This document shows positions 7,696 to 18,731 of a stretch of 48,027 nt of DNA, piece after piece. This DNA is from an uncultured Planctomycetales bacterium (lineage in GTDB: Bacteria; Omnitrophota; Gorgyraeia; Gygaellales; Profunditerraquicolaceae), in assembly GCA_964542785.1 (NCBI GenBank), contig CAZIUK010000005.1:1-48027 (forward strand), given 5' to 3'. A model generated the notes under the pieces. The model had not been told where the DNA came from and did not search any database. It worked only from the letters and a program-made list of their open reading frames with translations. Numbering within the stretch: the first letter of the stretch is position 1; every line of letters begins with the position of its first letter. Both the position numbers and the translations under genes were made by a program.

Positions 7696-8499
7696 TTATA
7701 TTGCTACTACGATTAAGCCTCTTTTATCGGCTAATTTCAATGCTTCTTCCCTATCGATAAAAAGTGTCTTATCTGCTTGAATAGCAAGGCATTTTGCTCT
7801 TGCTTTAATAAGCAACTTAATCGTCCGTAAACCGACTACCGGAACATCAAAACGCATATCCTGTTTAGGCTTTGCAGTCTTAACTATGGTTATCCCTGCC
7901 CCAGCAAGCTTAGCGGAACGCACTATCAATTTATCCGTTCCCTCAAAAGCCTCAACTGCCACTATCGTCTTATCTTTAATCGCTACTGCCTGCCCTATAT
8001 CTAAAGCGCCTATTGCTTTTGCTGCCTCAAAACCAAAACTTATATCATCCCAAAGCGGTTTACTCGGAGCAAACGCTGTAAGAACCCCTTGAGAAGGCAG
8101 GTAGCTTTTAACAAAAAGGGTTGAATCAAGCAAATCTAACCCACCCTCTTTTAATTTATCGGCAATTGCACCAAATATAGTATCTGCCCTCTTATCCTTT
8201 ATCGCAGTAAGGATCTGTTGAATAACGGGGCTAAAAGATACCTCCCTGCCAAAAAGACGATAAGGAGTAATTTGACCTGCCATCGCAACCATCTTAACCC
8301 CTTCGCTATTGAATATATTAAAAATACGGCTAAAATCTGATAGCCTAACCCAATAGACCTTATCCGCCAACTTATTAATCCTCAAGGAAGTCTCTCCTCT
8401 TATCGCTATAGCTACGATATAAAAACCTTTCCTTTTTGCCTCTAAGCAAAATAGTAAAGGAAATTTTCTGTTTCCGGCGATTAAACCAATTTTTTCCAT
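7696..8499 (-). CDS. lpxI: UDP-2,3-diacylglucosamine pyrophosphatase LpxI (DUF1009)
   Basis: 267 aa. Motifs IGLIAGNRKFP, VEAFEGTD and KPKQDMRFDVPVVG typical of LpxI. Lies directly downstream of lpxA. Confidence 0.82.
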   Translation of the reverse strand: MEKIGLIAGNRKFPLLFCLEAKRKGFYIVAIAIRGETSLRINKLADKVYWVRLSDFSRIFNIFNSEGVKMVAMAGQITPYRLFGREVSFSPVIQQILTAIKDKRADTIFGAIADKLKEGGLDLLDSTLFVKSYLPSQGVLTAFAPSKPLWDDISFGFEAAKAIGALDIGQAVAIKDKTIVAVEAFEGTDKLIVRSAKLAGAGITIVKTAKPKQDMRFDVPVVGLRTIKLLIKARAKCLAIQADKTLFIDREEALKLADKRGLIVVAI

Positions 8500-8502
8500 T
8501 TT

Positions 8503-9291
8503 TTATTTTTCTATTCTGCAAGACTTGCTTATCCCGCGTTTAGATAAGCTAAGAAAATTACGGAGGTAATCAACCTCAGCGGATTTAAACTTAGGGGTCC
8601 TTAATTCTTCTATGGCGTTTTTAAGGATTAATCCTGAATTAAAAACTATCTTATAAGCACTACTAAGCTCTTTTATAGCTACGTAATCAACCCTATTCCG
8701 CCGTAAACCAATAAGGTTTAAGCCATAGACAACAGCTGGATGCCCATCGCAAGTTGAAAAAGGGGGTATGTCTTGAACAACCTTAGAACACCCCCCGATT
8801 ATAGAAAGCCTTCCAACCCTTACAAATTGATGTATGGCGGATAACCCTCCTATAACCGCTAAATCTTCAATAACTACATGCCCAGCAAGGGTAGCGTTAT
8901 TAGCAAAGACACAACTATTACCTACCTTACAGTCATGGGCAATATGGGAATACGCCATAAAAAGGTTATTTGAACCAACAGTAGTCTTCCCCCCTTCGCC
9001 TGTCCCGGGATTAAGCGTGCAGTATTCGCGAATTATATTATTATCCCCTATATCTAAAAAGGTTTCTTCTCCTTTGTATTTTAAATCCTGCGGCTGAGAG
9101 CCAATTATAGCTCCAGTAAAAATCTTGCAGTTATTTCCTATAGAGGTATTTCCATCAATAAGGCAATTACTTCCGATTATGCTCCCTGAGCCAATCATAA
9201 CCTTATCATTTATAATTGTATAAGGTCCAACGGTTATATCATTGCCTAATACTGCTTTCTTAGAAACAATAGCTGTTTTATGTATCTTCAT
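8503..9291 (-). CDS. lpxA: acyl-ACP:UDP-GlcNAc O-acyltransferase
   Basis: 262 aa. Left-handed beta-helix hexapeptide repeats plus the LpxA C-terminal helical domain (GLNLIGLRRN). Confidence 0.92.
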   Translation of the reverse strand: MKIHKTAIVSKKAVLGNDITVGPYTIINDKVMIGSGSIIGSNCLIDGNTSIGNNCKIFTGAIIGSQPQDLKYKGEETFLDIGDNNIIREYCTLNPGTGEGGKTTVGSNNLFMAYSHIAHDCKVGNSCVFANNATLAGHVVIEDLAVIGGLSAIHQFVRVGRLSIIGGCSKVVQDIPPFSTCDGHPAVVYGLNLIGLRRNRVDYVAIKELSSAYKIVFNSGLILKNAIEELRTPKFKSAEVDYLRNFLSLSKRGISKSCRIEK

Positions 9292-9294
9292 AGA

Positions 9295-10593
9295 TTAATC
9301 TTCCACTAAGGCAAACATAAGCTCTGCCTCCGCCACTACCTTCCCATCAACTAATGCCCGCCCGCGCACCTGTCCAGTCCTAGACTTAACCCTTAAAGCC
9401 TCTACCTCTAATACAAGCTGGTCCCCCGGGACAACAGGTTTTCTAAACTTAACATTATTTATCGCCATGAAAAAAGCAAGTTTTCCTCTATTCTCGTCAG
9501 ACGCAAGCATCATCACCCCACCTACTTGCGCCATAGCTTCAATAATAATCACTCCAGGCATAACCGGCTGCGCTGGAAAATGCCCTTTAAAAAAATAGTC
9601 ATTGATAGTTACATTCTTTATCCCTATTGCGTGCTTGCCGTATTCCAGGCTTACGATCCTATCCACAAAAAGAAACGGCTCGCGGTGAGGAAGTATCTTC
9701 TTAATGTCTTCTATCTCTAAAATACCTGTTTTTTTATCCATAAAATATTTCTCCCTTTGCTTGGCTATCTCTTGAACTAACCTTGTATTTAATGTATGCC
9801 CGCTCTTTAAGGCTACTATATGAGCCTTTAAAGTAAATCCTAAAAGGCTTAAATCCCCTATTAAATCAAGTATCTTATGGCGCACAAACTCATCTGAGAA
9901 GCGAACCTTATTTTTAATAACTTCCCCTTCTTTAGTCAAGACTAAGGTATTGTCATAATTAGCTCCCATACCAAAACCCTTGCTCTGCAACTCTTTTGCT
10001 TCACTCTCTAGGCAGAATGTCCTAGCAGGAGCAATCTCTCTTATAAAGACCTCAGGAGTAGAAAACTTAAGCTCTAAGAATTCCGTCCTGCTCTCTACAA
10101 AATTATAATCTAAAGTATACGATACGCTAAGCCCTGAAGAAGGCAAAGCCATAATTGAAGCTCCTCCCTCTTCAATACGTATCGGCTCTTTAAGCTCAAA
10201 AATATCGCGTTTTACCCCAAGCTCTTTAATCCCTGACTGCATAATAATATCAAGGTATTTAAGACTGCTTCCGTCTAGCCCTGGGAGCTCCTTATTATCT
10301 AATTCCACTATCAAATTATCTATACCTAAACCAAAAAGCGCTGCCATAAAATGCTCTATAGTCTGAACCTGCGCTTTACCTTGCTCAAGAGTAGTCCTAC
10401 GGAGTATATCCCCGGGATTAACTAAAGAATGAAAATTGGCCTTTATCTTAGGGCTACCAGGTAAATCTCGCCGCACAAAGATAACCCCTACGTTTGCCTC
10501 TGCCGGCTTAAGTATAACATTACATCTATTACCAGTATGTAAACCTATTCCGTTAAAAGAGATTTCCTTAGCAATTGTTTTTTGAAAAACCAT
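9295..10593 (-). CDS. lpxC/fabZ: bifunctional UDP-3-O-acyl-GlcNAc deacetylase / 3-hydroxyacyl-ACP dehydratase (LpxC-FabZ fusion)
   Basis: The N-terminal approximately 280 aa carry LpxC motifs ([17 protein letters not shown]). The C-terminal approximately 145 aa carry FabZ hot-dog motifs ([25 protein letters not shown]). Confidence 0.92.
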   Translation of the reverse strand: MVFQKTIAKEISFNGIGLHTGNRCNVILKPAEANVGVIFVRRDLPGSPKIKANFHSLVNPGDILRRTTLEQGKAQVQTIEHFMAALFGLGIDNLIVELDNKELPGLDGSSLKYLDIIMQSGIKELGVKRDIFELKEPIRIEEGGASIMALPSSGLSVSYTLDYNFVESRTEFLELKFSTPEVFIREIAPARTFCLESEAKELQSKGFGMGANYDNTLVLTKEGEVIKNKVRFSDEFVRHKILDLIGDLSLLGFTLKAHIVALKSGHTLNTRLVQEIAKQREKYFMDKKTGILEIEDIKKILPHREPFLFVDRIVSLEYGKHAIGIKNVTINDYFFKGHFPAQPVMPGVIIIEAMAQVGGVMMLASDENRGKLAFFMAINNVKFRKPVVPGDQLVLEVEALRVKSRTGQVRGRALVDGKVVAEAELMFALVED

Positions 10594-10610
10594 AAGCTAT
10601 CCCTTATTTC

Positions 10611-11636
10611 TTAAGGCTTTGCCTCCAAGTCCTCAATCCTTTTTTTAAGCTTTTTGACTAAACTAAATAGATTCGGTAAGTTTTGGGTACTAGCAAGAAT
10701 CCTCTGGTTCTGCATATGCGGCCTTGCCGGAGAACCGGAGACTAACATGTTAGGGGGGATAGATTTACTTATCCCTGATTGGGCAGTAACTATGACATTA
10801 TCCCCTATGTTTATATGCCCGACTAAACCAACTTGTCCTGCAAGGATTACGTTATTACCGATCGTAGTGCTCCCTGAGATTCCTACCTGAGAGACAATTA
10901 AACAATTCTTACCTATAACAACATTATGCGCAATCTGGACTAAATTATCTATCTTTGTTCCTGCACCAATAACGGTCTTACCAAACCTTGCCCTATCTAT
11001 AGTTACATTAGCGCCTATCTCTACATCATCGTGAATCTCTACTATACCTACCTGTGGTATCTTATGGTGCTTCCCCTCCACATTAACAAAACCAAACCCA
11101 TCTGAGCCTATTACGGCATTACTATGGATTATAACATTATTACCTATAGTACAATTTTCCCTTATAGATACATTAGCGTAAATTAAAGCATTGCTACCTA
11201 CCTTTGTGTAGGCGCCAATAAATGACCCGGGATAAATAATAGTATTATCCCCTATCAAGGCATTAGGCCCTACTACAACATATGCGCCAAAAGAGACATT
11301 TTTGCCTAATTTTACGCCTTCCCCTATTATTACGCTTGAATGTACCCCTTTAGGATGAATTAACTTATCGTCTTTAAATAAAGTTATAGCCTTTGCAAAT
11401 GCAAGCGAAGGGTTATCAACGCGTATAGCAGGCTTATTAATAGAAACATCATAAGAAGTGATAACCGCAGAAGCCTTAGTCTTATCAACTAAAGATTGGT
11501 ATTTAGGATTAGAAAGAAAAGTTAAGTCCCCAGGTTCAGACTCTTTTATCCCATTTATCCCGGTTATCACTATATCATGACCACCGGTTAATTCGCCTTT
11601 AATAAAATCAGCGACTTCTTTTAACGTCCTTTGCAT
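10611..11636 (-). CDS. lpxD: UDP-3-O-acylglucosamine N-acyltransferase
   Basis: 341 aa. N-terminal uridine-binding domain plus hexapeptide repeats and the LpxD C-terminus (SGSPARP). Confidence 0.92.
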   Translation of the reverse strand: MQRTLKEVADFIKGELTGGHDIVITGINGIKESEPGDLTFLSNPKYQSLVDKTKASAVITSYDVSINKPAIRVDNPSLAFAKAITLFKDDKLIHPKGVHSSVIIGEGVKLGKNVSFGAYVVVGPNALIGDNTIIYPGSFIGAYTKVGSNALIYANVSIRENCTIGNNVIIHSNAVIGSDGFGFVNVEGKHHKIPQVGIVEIHDDVEIGANVTIDRARFGKTVIGAGTKIDNLVQIAHNVVIGKNCLIVSQVGISGSTTIGNNVILAGQVGLVGHINIGDNVIVTAQSGISKSIPPNMLVSGSPARPHMQNQRILASTQNLPNLFSLVKKLKKRIEDLEAKP

Positions 11637-11656
11637 ATTACTACTCTTCTAAAAAG

Positions 11657-12160
11657 CTACCCCTTCTTCTTGTTTAAAATCTCTATAACGCTATCAGTAA
11701 TATCCATCACCTTTGCTTGATAGACTAAAACCCGATCATTAAAAACTAAGGTCACCCCGGATTTTTCAGCATGCGCTTTAACCGCATCCTGTATATCATT
11801 AAGAATCTCCTTCATCTTCTCTTCCTGCTCTTTACGCAACTCTTCTTCCTTCTGAGTTAAAAAATCTTTTAAAACTTTTGCCTTAGACTCAAACTCAGCC
11901 TTCTTCGCCTCCTTCTCCTTATCGCTTAAAAGCGTAAATTTATCCCTAAAGGCATTAAACTCGTTTACCTTCTTATCCCTCTCTGCTACGAAAGCTTTCT
12001 CTTTGTCGGTAAGTTTTTTATCATAGTCTTTTGTCTTATTATACTCGCTAAAAGCGCGGCTTAAGTCTATACAAGCAAGTTTATCCGCAGCAAACACTAC
12101 CCCTGATGTAAGAAAAATCCCTACTAATAGAACTACCAGAAAAACAGTTAATTTCCTCAT
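11657..12160 (-). CDS. skp: periplasmic chaperone Skp/OmpH
   Basis: 167 aa. Signal peptide and a Lys/Glu-rich coiled coil, in the conserved position between bamA and lpxD. Confidence 0.82.
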   Translation of the reverse strand: MRKLTVFLVVLLVGIFLTSGVVFAADKLACIDLSRAFSEYNKTKDYDKKLTDKEKAFVAERDKKVNEFNAFRDKFTLLSDKEKEAKKAEFESKAKVLKDFLTQKEEELRKEQEEKMKEILNDIQDAVKAHAEKSGVTLVFNDRVLVYQAKVMDITDSVIEILNKKKG

Positions 12161-12197
12161 CTCTTATTCCTCCTTTATTTTTTAAATTCTCCTCGAC

Positions 12198-14588
12198 TTA
12201 AAAACTATTACTTACGCTAAAATGGAATCTTCCCTTTGACTTACCCCCCTCTCCAGGCTCCTTATCCAAAGGTATGCCATAATCCAACATAATCGGGCCT
12301 ATTGGGGTTTTTATCCTAAAACCTAAACCAAAACTTGATTTTAACCCTCCGGTATTAGAAACATTATAAGCATCCTTATTAGAAAACATGCCCCCTGCCT
12401 TCTCCCAGACATTCCCGATATCATAAAAGATAGCTATTTTTAAAAAATCGAATAGAGGATATACATACTCTACGTTCCCAACAAATAAAGAAGCTCCTCC
12501 AAGAGGATCTTTAGTTTTAGGGTCAATAGGACCGACCTTTCTTTCTTCATACCCCCTTATGGTATAAGCGCCTCCGGCAAAAAACCGCTCATATATCGGT
12601 ATCTTTTCAGAATTTCCATATGGCTCTGCTATCCCTATCCTGCCCCTAAGCTCTAAAACAGAATTGCGGAATAAAGGTATATAGTGGCTCGCCCGACCAA
12701 AAAATTTCCAATAATTCTTATCCCCTCCTAAAGGCCCTCCAGCAAACTCTACTGAAGTAGTAAGAAGGTTACCTTTATGCGTATCAAATATATTATCTCT
12801 ACTATCGAAGGTAAGAGACGGAGTAATGCTACTTATTAAATTTTCGCCTTTTTCAGCCTTTAAGTCAGCGCTGGCATCAGAAGGAATATTACTTATATCT
12901 ACCGAATCTATCCTATAGATAAGATCTCCCCTTAAATACTCAGATAACTCTCTTCCTAGCCTTAACGCCCCCCCAGTAGTCTTTTCGTCATACCCATATC
13001 CAGCATCAGAATCCCTTCTATGCGTACGCCTATAAGCATCAAAACCAAATGAAACCGGGTAATCAAACAACCACGGTTCAGTAAAACTTAAATCAAAACC
13101 GCTGGTGATAGTTCCTATGGTTGCTCTAAGTTTTAAATTTTGCCCTGCACCGGTAAAATAAGGCCAGTTCTTCCAATCAAAGTTCTTCTGTTCCACTTCA
13201 ACAAAACCGACAAAATCATCCACTGTACTATACCCGCCCCCAAAACTGAATGAGCCGGTCTTTGCCTCTTTAACATCTACAATAAGATTCTTCTCATCAA
13301 GCTTACCCGTATCCTCAGTATCATAACCTATCTCTTCAAAATAGCCCAAATTGGTAAGCCTCTCTTTACTACGCCTAAGCTTTTCTCCGTCAAACCTATC
13401 CCCCGGATTAAGGCGCATCTCCCTGCGGACAACAATATCCTTAGTCTTAATATTTCCCCTAACCTTAATCTTATCAACATAGGTCACCTGATTTTCTAAT
13501 ATGCTATAAGTTATATCAACTCTATGTGTCTGAGGATTTAAAGAAACAGATTCTTGAATATTAGCAGATACATACCCCCGGTCAAAATAAAGCCCCTGCA
13601 TGGAAGATAGGTCAATTCTCATCGCCTCTTCACTGAAGGTCTTTCCTGTTGTACACTCTTTAAGGCGCATCAAGATATCCTTTTCACTTATATCTTTATT
13701 CCCCTTGATACTTACATCCCCGACTAAATACTTGTTTCCTTCGGTTATCTCTATGTTAACAAATAAAAGATACGGCTTCTTGGCATCAGGAACTACCTGA
13801 TAACTAACCGCAACATCTATATAGCCTTCCCTCCTATAAAAAGCCTTGATACGCTCTATATCATCAGTTAGAACATCATCTTTTAAAATCCCGGCGTTAA
13901 AAAACCACGCCCGCTTAGTCTTTAAAAGTTTTAAAATCCTACCCTTGGTGATATTGTTGTTTCCGTTTATAATAATATCTTTTATGCGCACCCTGCCGCC
14001 TTCAACAATATTAAAATTAACCTTCACTTTATTCATCTCTTCATTAAGATCAAGCTTATATTCTATCTTTGCTGCGCTATAGCCTATCTTCTCGTACATC
14101 TTTTCTAAGATCTGCATATCTTCGGATAGCGAAGGATAATCTAAATATTGACCTTCCTTTGATTTTAGTTTCCCTTTAAGTTTCTCATCCTTCATCGTAA
14201 TACGGTGTATCCCAAAAAAGCTTATCTTTTCAATAATCGGCCTCTCAGAGACTACGACTATAACCTTAATCCCTTTATCCAAAAGTTCGCTATCTATCTT
14301 AATATCGCTAAAGAAGTTTAGAAGGTAAAGCCTTCTAAGATCATCACTGATAACATTCTCCTGATAAAATCCTCCGATGCGTGTCTTCATCTTAGAGATA
14401 ATAGTATTGGTGGAAATAGCCTTATTCCCTTTTATCTCTATGGAAATTATCTCTTTTCCTTCTTTTTCGTTAACCTGAGCATCAACTCCTAAAGAGAGAG
14501 CCTCTGAATTATCTTTTTGGGCAAAAGATAAATGGGTTAGGCAAAGAATGAGTATGGGCAGGAAGAATAAAGATATTCTTTTGTGCAT
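12198..14588 (-). CDS. bamA: outer-membrane protein assembly factor BamA
   Basis: About 796 aa from the ATG at 14588 (signal peptide MHKRISLFF...AQ). Repeated POTRA-like modules, a C-terminal beta-barrel and a terminal Phe. The listed TTG at 14624 is less likely. Confidence 0.9.
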   Translation of the reverse strand: MHKRISLFFLPILILCLTHLSFAQKDNSEALSLGVDAQVNEKEGKEIISIEIKGNKAISTNTIISKMKTRIGGFYQENVISDDLRRLYLLNFFSDIKIDSELLDKGIKVIVVVSERPIIEKISFFGIHRITMKDEKLKGKLKSKEGQYLDYPSLSEDMQILEKMYEKIGYSAAKIEYKLDLNEEMNKVKVNFNIVEGGRVRIKDIIINGNNNITKGRILKLLKTKRAWFFNAGILKDDVLTDDIERIKAFYRREGYIDVAVSYQVVPDAKKPYLLFVNIEITEGNKYLVGDVSIKGNKDISEKDILMRLKECTTGKTFSEEAMRIDLSSMQGLYFDRGYVSANIQESVSLNPQTHRVDITYSILENQVTYVDKIKVRGNIKTKDIVVRREMRLNPGDRFDGEKLRRSKERLTNLGYFEEIGYDTEDTGKLDEKNLIVDVKEAKTGSFSFGGGYSTVDDFVGFVEVEQKNFDWKNWPYFTGAGQNLKLRATIGTITSGFDLSFTEPWLFDYPVSFGFDAYRRTHRRDSDAGYGYDEKTTGGALRLGRELSEYLRGDLIYRIDSVDISNIPSDASADLKAEKGENLISSITPSLTFDSRDNIFDTHKGNLLTTSVEFAGGPLGGDKNYWKFFGRASHYIPLFRNSVLELRGRIGIAEPYGNSEKIPIYERFFAGGAYTIRGYEERKVGPIDPKTKDPLGGASLFVGNVEYVYPLFDFLKIAIFYDIGNVWEKAGGMFSNKDAYNVSNTGGLKSSFGLGFRIKTPIGPIMLDYGIPLDKEPGEGGKSKGRFHFSVSNSF

Positions 14589-14628
14589 TTTAACTATTAT
14601 ATATAAATTGCTGATCTGTCGCAATAAT

Positions 14629-15966
14629 TTATTCTATCCGGGCAATATTCTCAAAACGGGTATATTCTTTAATAAATGCTAGCCTTAAAGAGCCTACCGG
14701 CCCGTTTCTCTGTTTTGCAATAATTACTTCGGCTATACCCTGATTATCTGAAGTAGGACTATAGTATTCTTCCCTAAGCAATAGAACCACCACATCAGCA
14801 TCCTGTTCAATAGCCCCAGACTCCCTTAAATCCGAAAGCTGCGGACGATGATCGGAACGAGATTCTACTGCGCGCGAAAGTTGGCTTATCGCTACTATAG
14901 GAACCCTTAGCTCCCTGGCCAAAGCTTTAAGGGATCGGGATATCTCTGAGATCTCTTGCTGGCGGCTCTCCAAAGATGCGGAACCACGCATAAGCTGCAT
15001 ATAATCTAATACTATAAACCTTATATCCTGCTGTGCTTTAAGCCGACGGGCCTTAGCCCTTAACTCCATAACCGAAATGGCAGGAGTATCATCAATAAAT
15101 ATCGGAGCTTCTGATATTTTACCTGCAGCAGCAGTAAGTTTAGGCCAATCAGAAGTAGCTAAATACCCTGTCCTTACCTTTTGCGCATCTACCTTAGCAT
15201 GCGCACAGAGCATCCTTTGGGCTAACTGCTCCTTGGACATCTCAAGGCTAAAAATAGCAGTAGGTATCTTTTCTACTACACCTGCGTGCTCTACCATGCC
15301 TAAAGCAAAAGCACTCTTACCCATAGAGGGCCTACCAGCTACCACGATCAAATCTGATTCCTGTAACCCGGCAGTCTTAATATCAAAGTCTATATACCCT
15401 GTAGGTATGCCTGTAATATGCGCTTTTTTACGGTACAAGGTATCTATAGTCTCTATGCTATCGGAGACTATCTCTTTAATGTGCTGATATGAGCCTTGGG
15501 TTTTTCTTTCGCTTACCTCAAATATAAATCTTTCGGCGTTATCAACTACCTCGTCTATATTCCCTTCACTCTCATAACAAAGAGAAATAATCTTAGTAGC
15601 GTTATTGATAAGCGTCCTTAATATACTCTTCTCTTTTACAATATTTACGTAATGGCCGATATTAGCTGCGCTTGGTACGGCATTTACCAAGCCGGTAAGA
15701 TAACTTGCCCCTCCTACCTCATCTATAATTCCTTCTTTTTTTAAGACATCGGTAAGGGTGATTAAATCTACTGCTTTGTTAACGGCATAAAGCCCTGAGA
15801 TAACTTGGAAGATCTTTTGGTGGGAATCTTTATAAAAAAAATTCTTATCTAGCTTTTCAACTGCAGTAGCAATCGCTTCTTCATCAAGAAGCATAGAGCC
15901 TAATACTGCCATCTCGGCATCTATGTTCTGAGGAGGAATTTTCTCTATTGGGATATCCTTGGGCAT
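14629..15966 (-). CDS. dnaB: replicative DNA helicase DnaB
   Basis: 445 aa. N-terminal PPQNIDAEMAVLGSML, Walker A GRPSMGKSAFAL, and QLSR and RNGP motifs. Confidence 0.95.
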   Translation of the reverse strand: MPKDIPIEKIPPQNIDAEMAVLGSMLLDEEAIATAVEKLDKNFFYKDSHQKIFQVISGLYAVNKAVDLITLTDVLKKEGIIDEVGGASYLTGLVNAVPSAANIGHYVNIVKEKSILRTLINNATKIISLCYESEGNIDEVVDNAERFIFEVSERKTQGSYQHIKEIVSDSIETIDTLYRKKAHITGIPTGYIDFDIKTAGLQESDLIVVAGRPSMGKSAFALGMVEHAGVVEKIPTAIFSLEMSKEQLAQRMLCAHAKVDAQKVRTGYLATSDWPKLTAAAGKISEAPIFIDDTPAISVMELRAKARRLKAQQDIRFIVLDYMQLMRGSASLESRQQEISEISRSLKALARELRVPIVAISQLSRAVESRSDHRPQLSDLRESGAIEQDADVVVLLLREEYYSPTSDNQGIAEVIIAKQRNGPVGSLRLAFIKEYTRFENIARIE

Positions 15967-15967
15967 A

Positions 15968-16411
15968 TTATTTTTTTACAACCCATACTTTTATAACTGC
16001 GCTTACCTGTGGATGCAATTTTATCAATACCTCATAAATACCCAAAGATTTTATCGGATTCTCTAAAAAGATACAGCTCTTATCGACTTCAAGCCCTTCA
16101 TTCTTTAAAAAAGCCGCTATATCTGCGGCAGTTATGCTACCATAAAGGCTTTCGTCATTTTGAACAAGGACTGACATCGTAAGAGATACTCCCCCTAAGC
16201 GATTCTTTAATTCCTCTGCCTCTGCTCTCTTCTTTTCTAAAATTACGCCGGCCCTCTGCTTATCTAATTCAAGCTTTTTTAAGTTCCCCGCTGTAGCCTC
16301 TAACGCTAATTTACGGGGGAAGAGAAAATTATGGGCAAACCCATCCTTTACGTTAACTATACTTCCAGCCTTGCCAGTACCTTCTACGTCTTTAACCAGT
16401 ATAACCCTCAT
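15968..16411 (-). CDS. rplI: 50S ribosomal protein L9
   Basis: 147 aa. MRVILVKDV...[24 protein letters not shown]. Confidence 0.95.
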   Translation of the reverse strand: MRVILVKDVEGTGKAGSIVNVKDGFAHNFLFPRKLALEATAGNLKKLELDKQRAGVILEKKRAEAEELKNRLGGVSLTMSVLVQNDESLYGSITAADIAAFLKNEGLEVDKSCIFLENPIKSLGIYEVLIKLHPQVSAVIKVWVVKK

Positions 16412-16437
16412 CTCTACACCTATTAAATATCGCCTCT

Positions 16438-16716
16438 CTAACGTGTATAAGGCAAAAGCGATATAAACCTTGATTTAGTAATTGTATCAGCTACCAACCT
16501 CTGATGTTTAGCACAATTTCCAGAGTAGCGGCGTGAAACAATCTTGCCTCTCTCGGTAATAAATGCCTCTAGTCTCTTTGCGTCCTTGTAATCCAACCAC
16601 TTAACCTTATCAACGCACAAACGGCAGAACTTCTTTTTAGCTACTCCGTACATTAAACGCTTCTTTTCTCTAGACTTACCTCTAGAAAATGATTTACCCT
16701 TTGCCTTAGCTTTCAT
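16438..16716 (-). CDS. rpsR: 30S ribosomal protein S18
   Basis: Motifs FCRLC...YKD...[19 protein letters not shown]...LLPY. The ATG at 16716 (MKAKAKGK) overlaps the ssb stop, and the listed upstream extension is unlikely. Confidence 0.93.
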   Translation of the reverse strand: MKAKAKGKSFSRGKSREKKRLMYGVAKKKFCRLCVDKVKWLDYKDAKRLEAFITERGKIVSRRYSGNCAKHQRLVADTITKSRFISLLPYTR

Positions 16717-17149
16717 TAATATCAGCCTCACTTTCACCTAACCATGTTGATTCTGTTGAGGGTTCAACAGAGATTTCTTCTGTTTGCTCTTCACTAGCCC
16801 CTTGTGATTTAGTCTGCCCTGGAGAACCTAAAAACTGTACCCTCTCTGCCCTTACTTCAATAATATTGCGCTTGGCCCCGGTATTATCCTCCCAGGAACG
16901 GGATTGAAGCCTCCCTTCTACCAGAAGACTGCTGCCCTTATGCAAGTATTGATTACATATCTCTGCCTGCTTATTCCAGACTACAACCGTAATAAAACAT
17001 ACCTCTTCCTTAAGCTCTTGGTTCCTATCTTTATACCTGCGGTTTACGGCAAGCCTTAAATTAGCCACAGCCGCTCCCTGAGGGGTATAACGGAGCTCCG
17101 GGTCTTTTGTTAAATTACCCACCAATAATACTTTATTATAACTTGCCAT
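16706..17149 (-). CDS. ssb: single-stranded DNA-binding protein
   Basis: 147 aa. OB-fold N-terminus MASYNKVLLVGNLTKDPELRYTPQG and an acidic disordered tail. Sits in the rpsF-ssb-rpsR context. Confidence 0.92.
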   Translation of the reverse strand: MASYNKVLLVGNLTKDPELRYTPQGAAVANLRLAVNRRYKDRNQELKEEVCFITVVVWNKQAEICNQYLHKGSSLLVEGRLQSRSWEDNTGAKRNIIEVRAERVQFLGSPGQTKSQGASEEQTEEISVEPSTESTWLGESEADINES

Positions 17150-17166
17150 ACAAATCTCCTTTTTCT

Positions 17167-17457
17167 TTATGACTCTACCTTAGAGATAAGGACTCTTAAA
17201 ATATTTTCATTAAGCTTATAGGCATGCCGGATATCTTTTACCGCTAGCGAATCAAGCTTAAAATTTAAAAGGTAATACACACCTTCAGAATGCTTTTTTA
17301 TCGGGAAAAAAAGCTTTCTCTTCTCAGACCAGATCGAACCTTGCTCAACAACTCCATTATTCTTAATTACTGCATCGTGTATCTGTTGGAAGAGGGCCTT
17401 CTCTTCTGCCTCCGGCAGATCCGGCTTTACTATAAACATTGCTTCATATTTATTCAT
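17167..17457 (-). CDS. rpsF: 30S ribosomal protein S6
   Basis: MNKYEAMFIVKPDL start, with AAAGGAG 9 nt upstream of the ATG at 17457. ATGA overlap with the pth stop. Confidence 0.93.
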   Translation of the reverse strand: MNKYEAMFIVKPDLPEAEEKALFQQIHDAVIKNNGVVEQGSIWSEKRKLFFPIKKHSEGVYYLLNFKLDSLAVKDIRHAYKLNENILRVLISKVES

Positions 17458-18041
17458 CTGCAACACTCCTTTATTTTTTCTTTACGGTTGAAGTTATTCA
17501 TTGCCACACTTACCCCTTCCTCTGCCCACTTCTTGCAACAAATAACCGCTATATCTTTTATCTTAGGGATACTGAATCTTTCTTCACGGTTAAACCTTGA
17601 AAGGACAAATTTACTTAACTCTTTATCTTGTGGCCTCCCAATACCAATACGCAAACGATCAAATCTTTCGACCCCAAGATGATTTATTATAGATTCAACA
17701 CCCTTATGCCCTGCACTTGAACCTGTAGCGCTTATCTTAATCCTTCCAAATTCAAGGTCTAAATCATCAAAGATTACTAAAAGATCGATTAACTCAATCC
17801 TATACCTATCTAAGAGTAGCCTTACTGCTTCCCCTGATAGGTTCATAAAGGTCAAGGGCAACGCCAGGATAACTCCAGAGGAACCTAAGGAACATCCCCC
17901 GGTCAAAGCCCTTATTCCCCTCTCCTTTTTTAACTTTATCTTGGCTGATTTAGCTAAAGATTTTACTACTTCAAAACCTATATTGTGCCTTGAGCCAGAA
18001 TAACTTAAACCGGGATTACCTAAACCGACTATTAGTTTCAC
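17454..18041 (-). CDS. pth: peptidyl-tRNA hydrolase
   Basis: 195 aa. Motifs KLIVGLGNPG...SRHNIGF and GHKGVESI. GTG start. Confidence 0.93.
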   Translation of the reverse strand: MKLIVGLGNPGLSYSGSRHNIGFEVVKSLAKSAKIKLKKERGIRALTGGCSLGSSGVILALPLTFMNLSGEAVRLLLDRYRIELIDLLVIFDDLDLEFGRIKISATGSSAGHKGVESIINHLGVERFDRLRIGIGRPQDKELSKFVLSRFNREERFSIPKIKDIAVICCKKWAEEGVSVAMNNFNRKEKIKECCR

Positions 18042-18707
18042 TTAATCTGCTGGAGCCTCTCCAACAACTTCCTTCTTCTCTTTGATTACTTCAGGTTCCT
18101 GCGATCCTTCGGCAGCGGCCTCTTCAGGGGCTTCCTCTTTCATCGGAGCAATAACAGATAAAATAATAGAGGCAGGATCGTCTAACATCTTAACCCCTTC
18201 AGGAACTACAATATCTTTAATATGGATAGCCTCTCCTAATTTAAGGTTAGAGACATCTATCTCTATATCTTTAGGTATATTGGTAGGAAAACACTCTACC
18301 TCAACCTCCCAAAGCATATGCTCTAAAGAACCACCCTCCTGCTTAACTCCTACAGGCTCGCCCTTAGCAACTATAGGAATATTAACCTTAATCTTCTCGG
18401 TAAGCGAGATCTGATTAAAATCAACATGCTGTATATCCCCGTAAACAGGGTCATGCTGAATCTCTCTTATGATACAAGGGCGGGACTTCTGTTTTTTATC
18501 GTCCTTTATATTAACATTAATAACAACACCCTCTATCCTATGTTGATGCACTAACTGCACTAACTGACGGTGGGATAACATAAGAGGCAAAGACTCCTTT
18601 CCTTCAGAGTATATTACCGCAGGAACAAAGCCCTTATCCCTTAACGCCTTGACCTTCCCCCTACCAACCCCTTCTCTTATCTGCGCGTCTAAATTTAACT
18701 CTTTCAT
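18042..18707 (-). CDS. rplY: 50S ribosomal protein L25 / general stress protein Ctc (long form)
   Basis: 221 aa. L25 N-domain (GKVKALRDKGFVPAVIY) plus a Ctc C-domain and acidic tail. Confidence 0.9.
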   Translation of the reverse strand: MKELNLDAQIREGVGRGKVKALRDKGFVPAVIYSEGKESLPLMLSHRQLVQLVHQHRIEGVVINVNIKDDKKQKSRPCIIREIQHDPVYGDIQHVDFNQISLTEKIKVNIPIVAKGEPVGVKQEGGSLEHMLWEVEVECFPTNIPKDIEIDVSNLKLGEAIHIKDIVVPEGVKMLDDPASIILSVIAPMKEEAPEEAAAEGSQEPEVIKEKKEVVGEAPAD

Positions 18708-18731
18708 TATACAAACTCCGTTTTATAGGTG

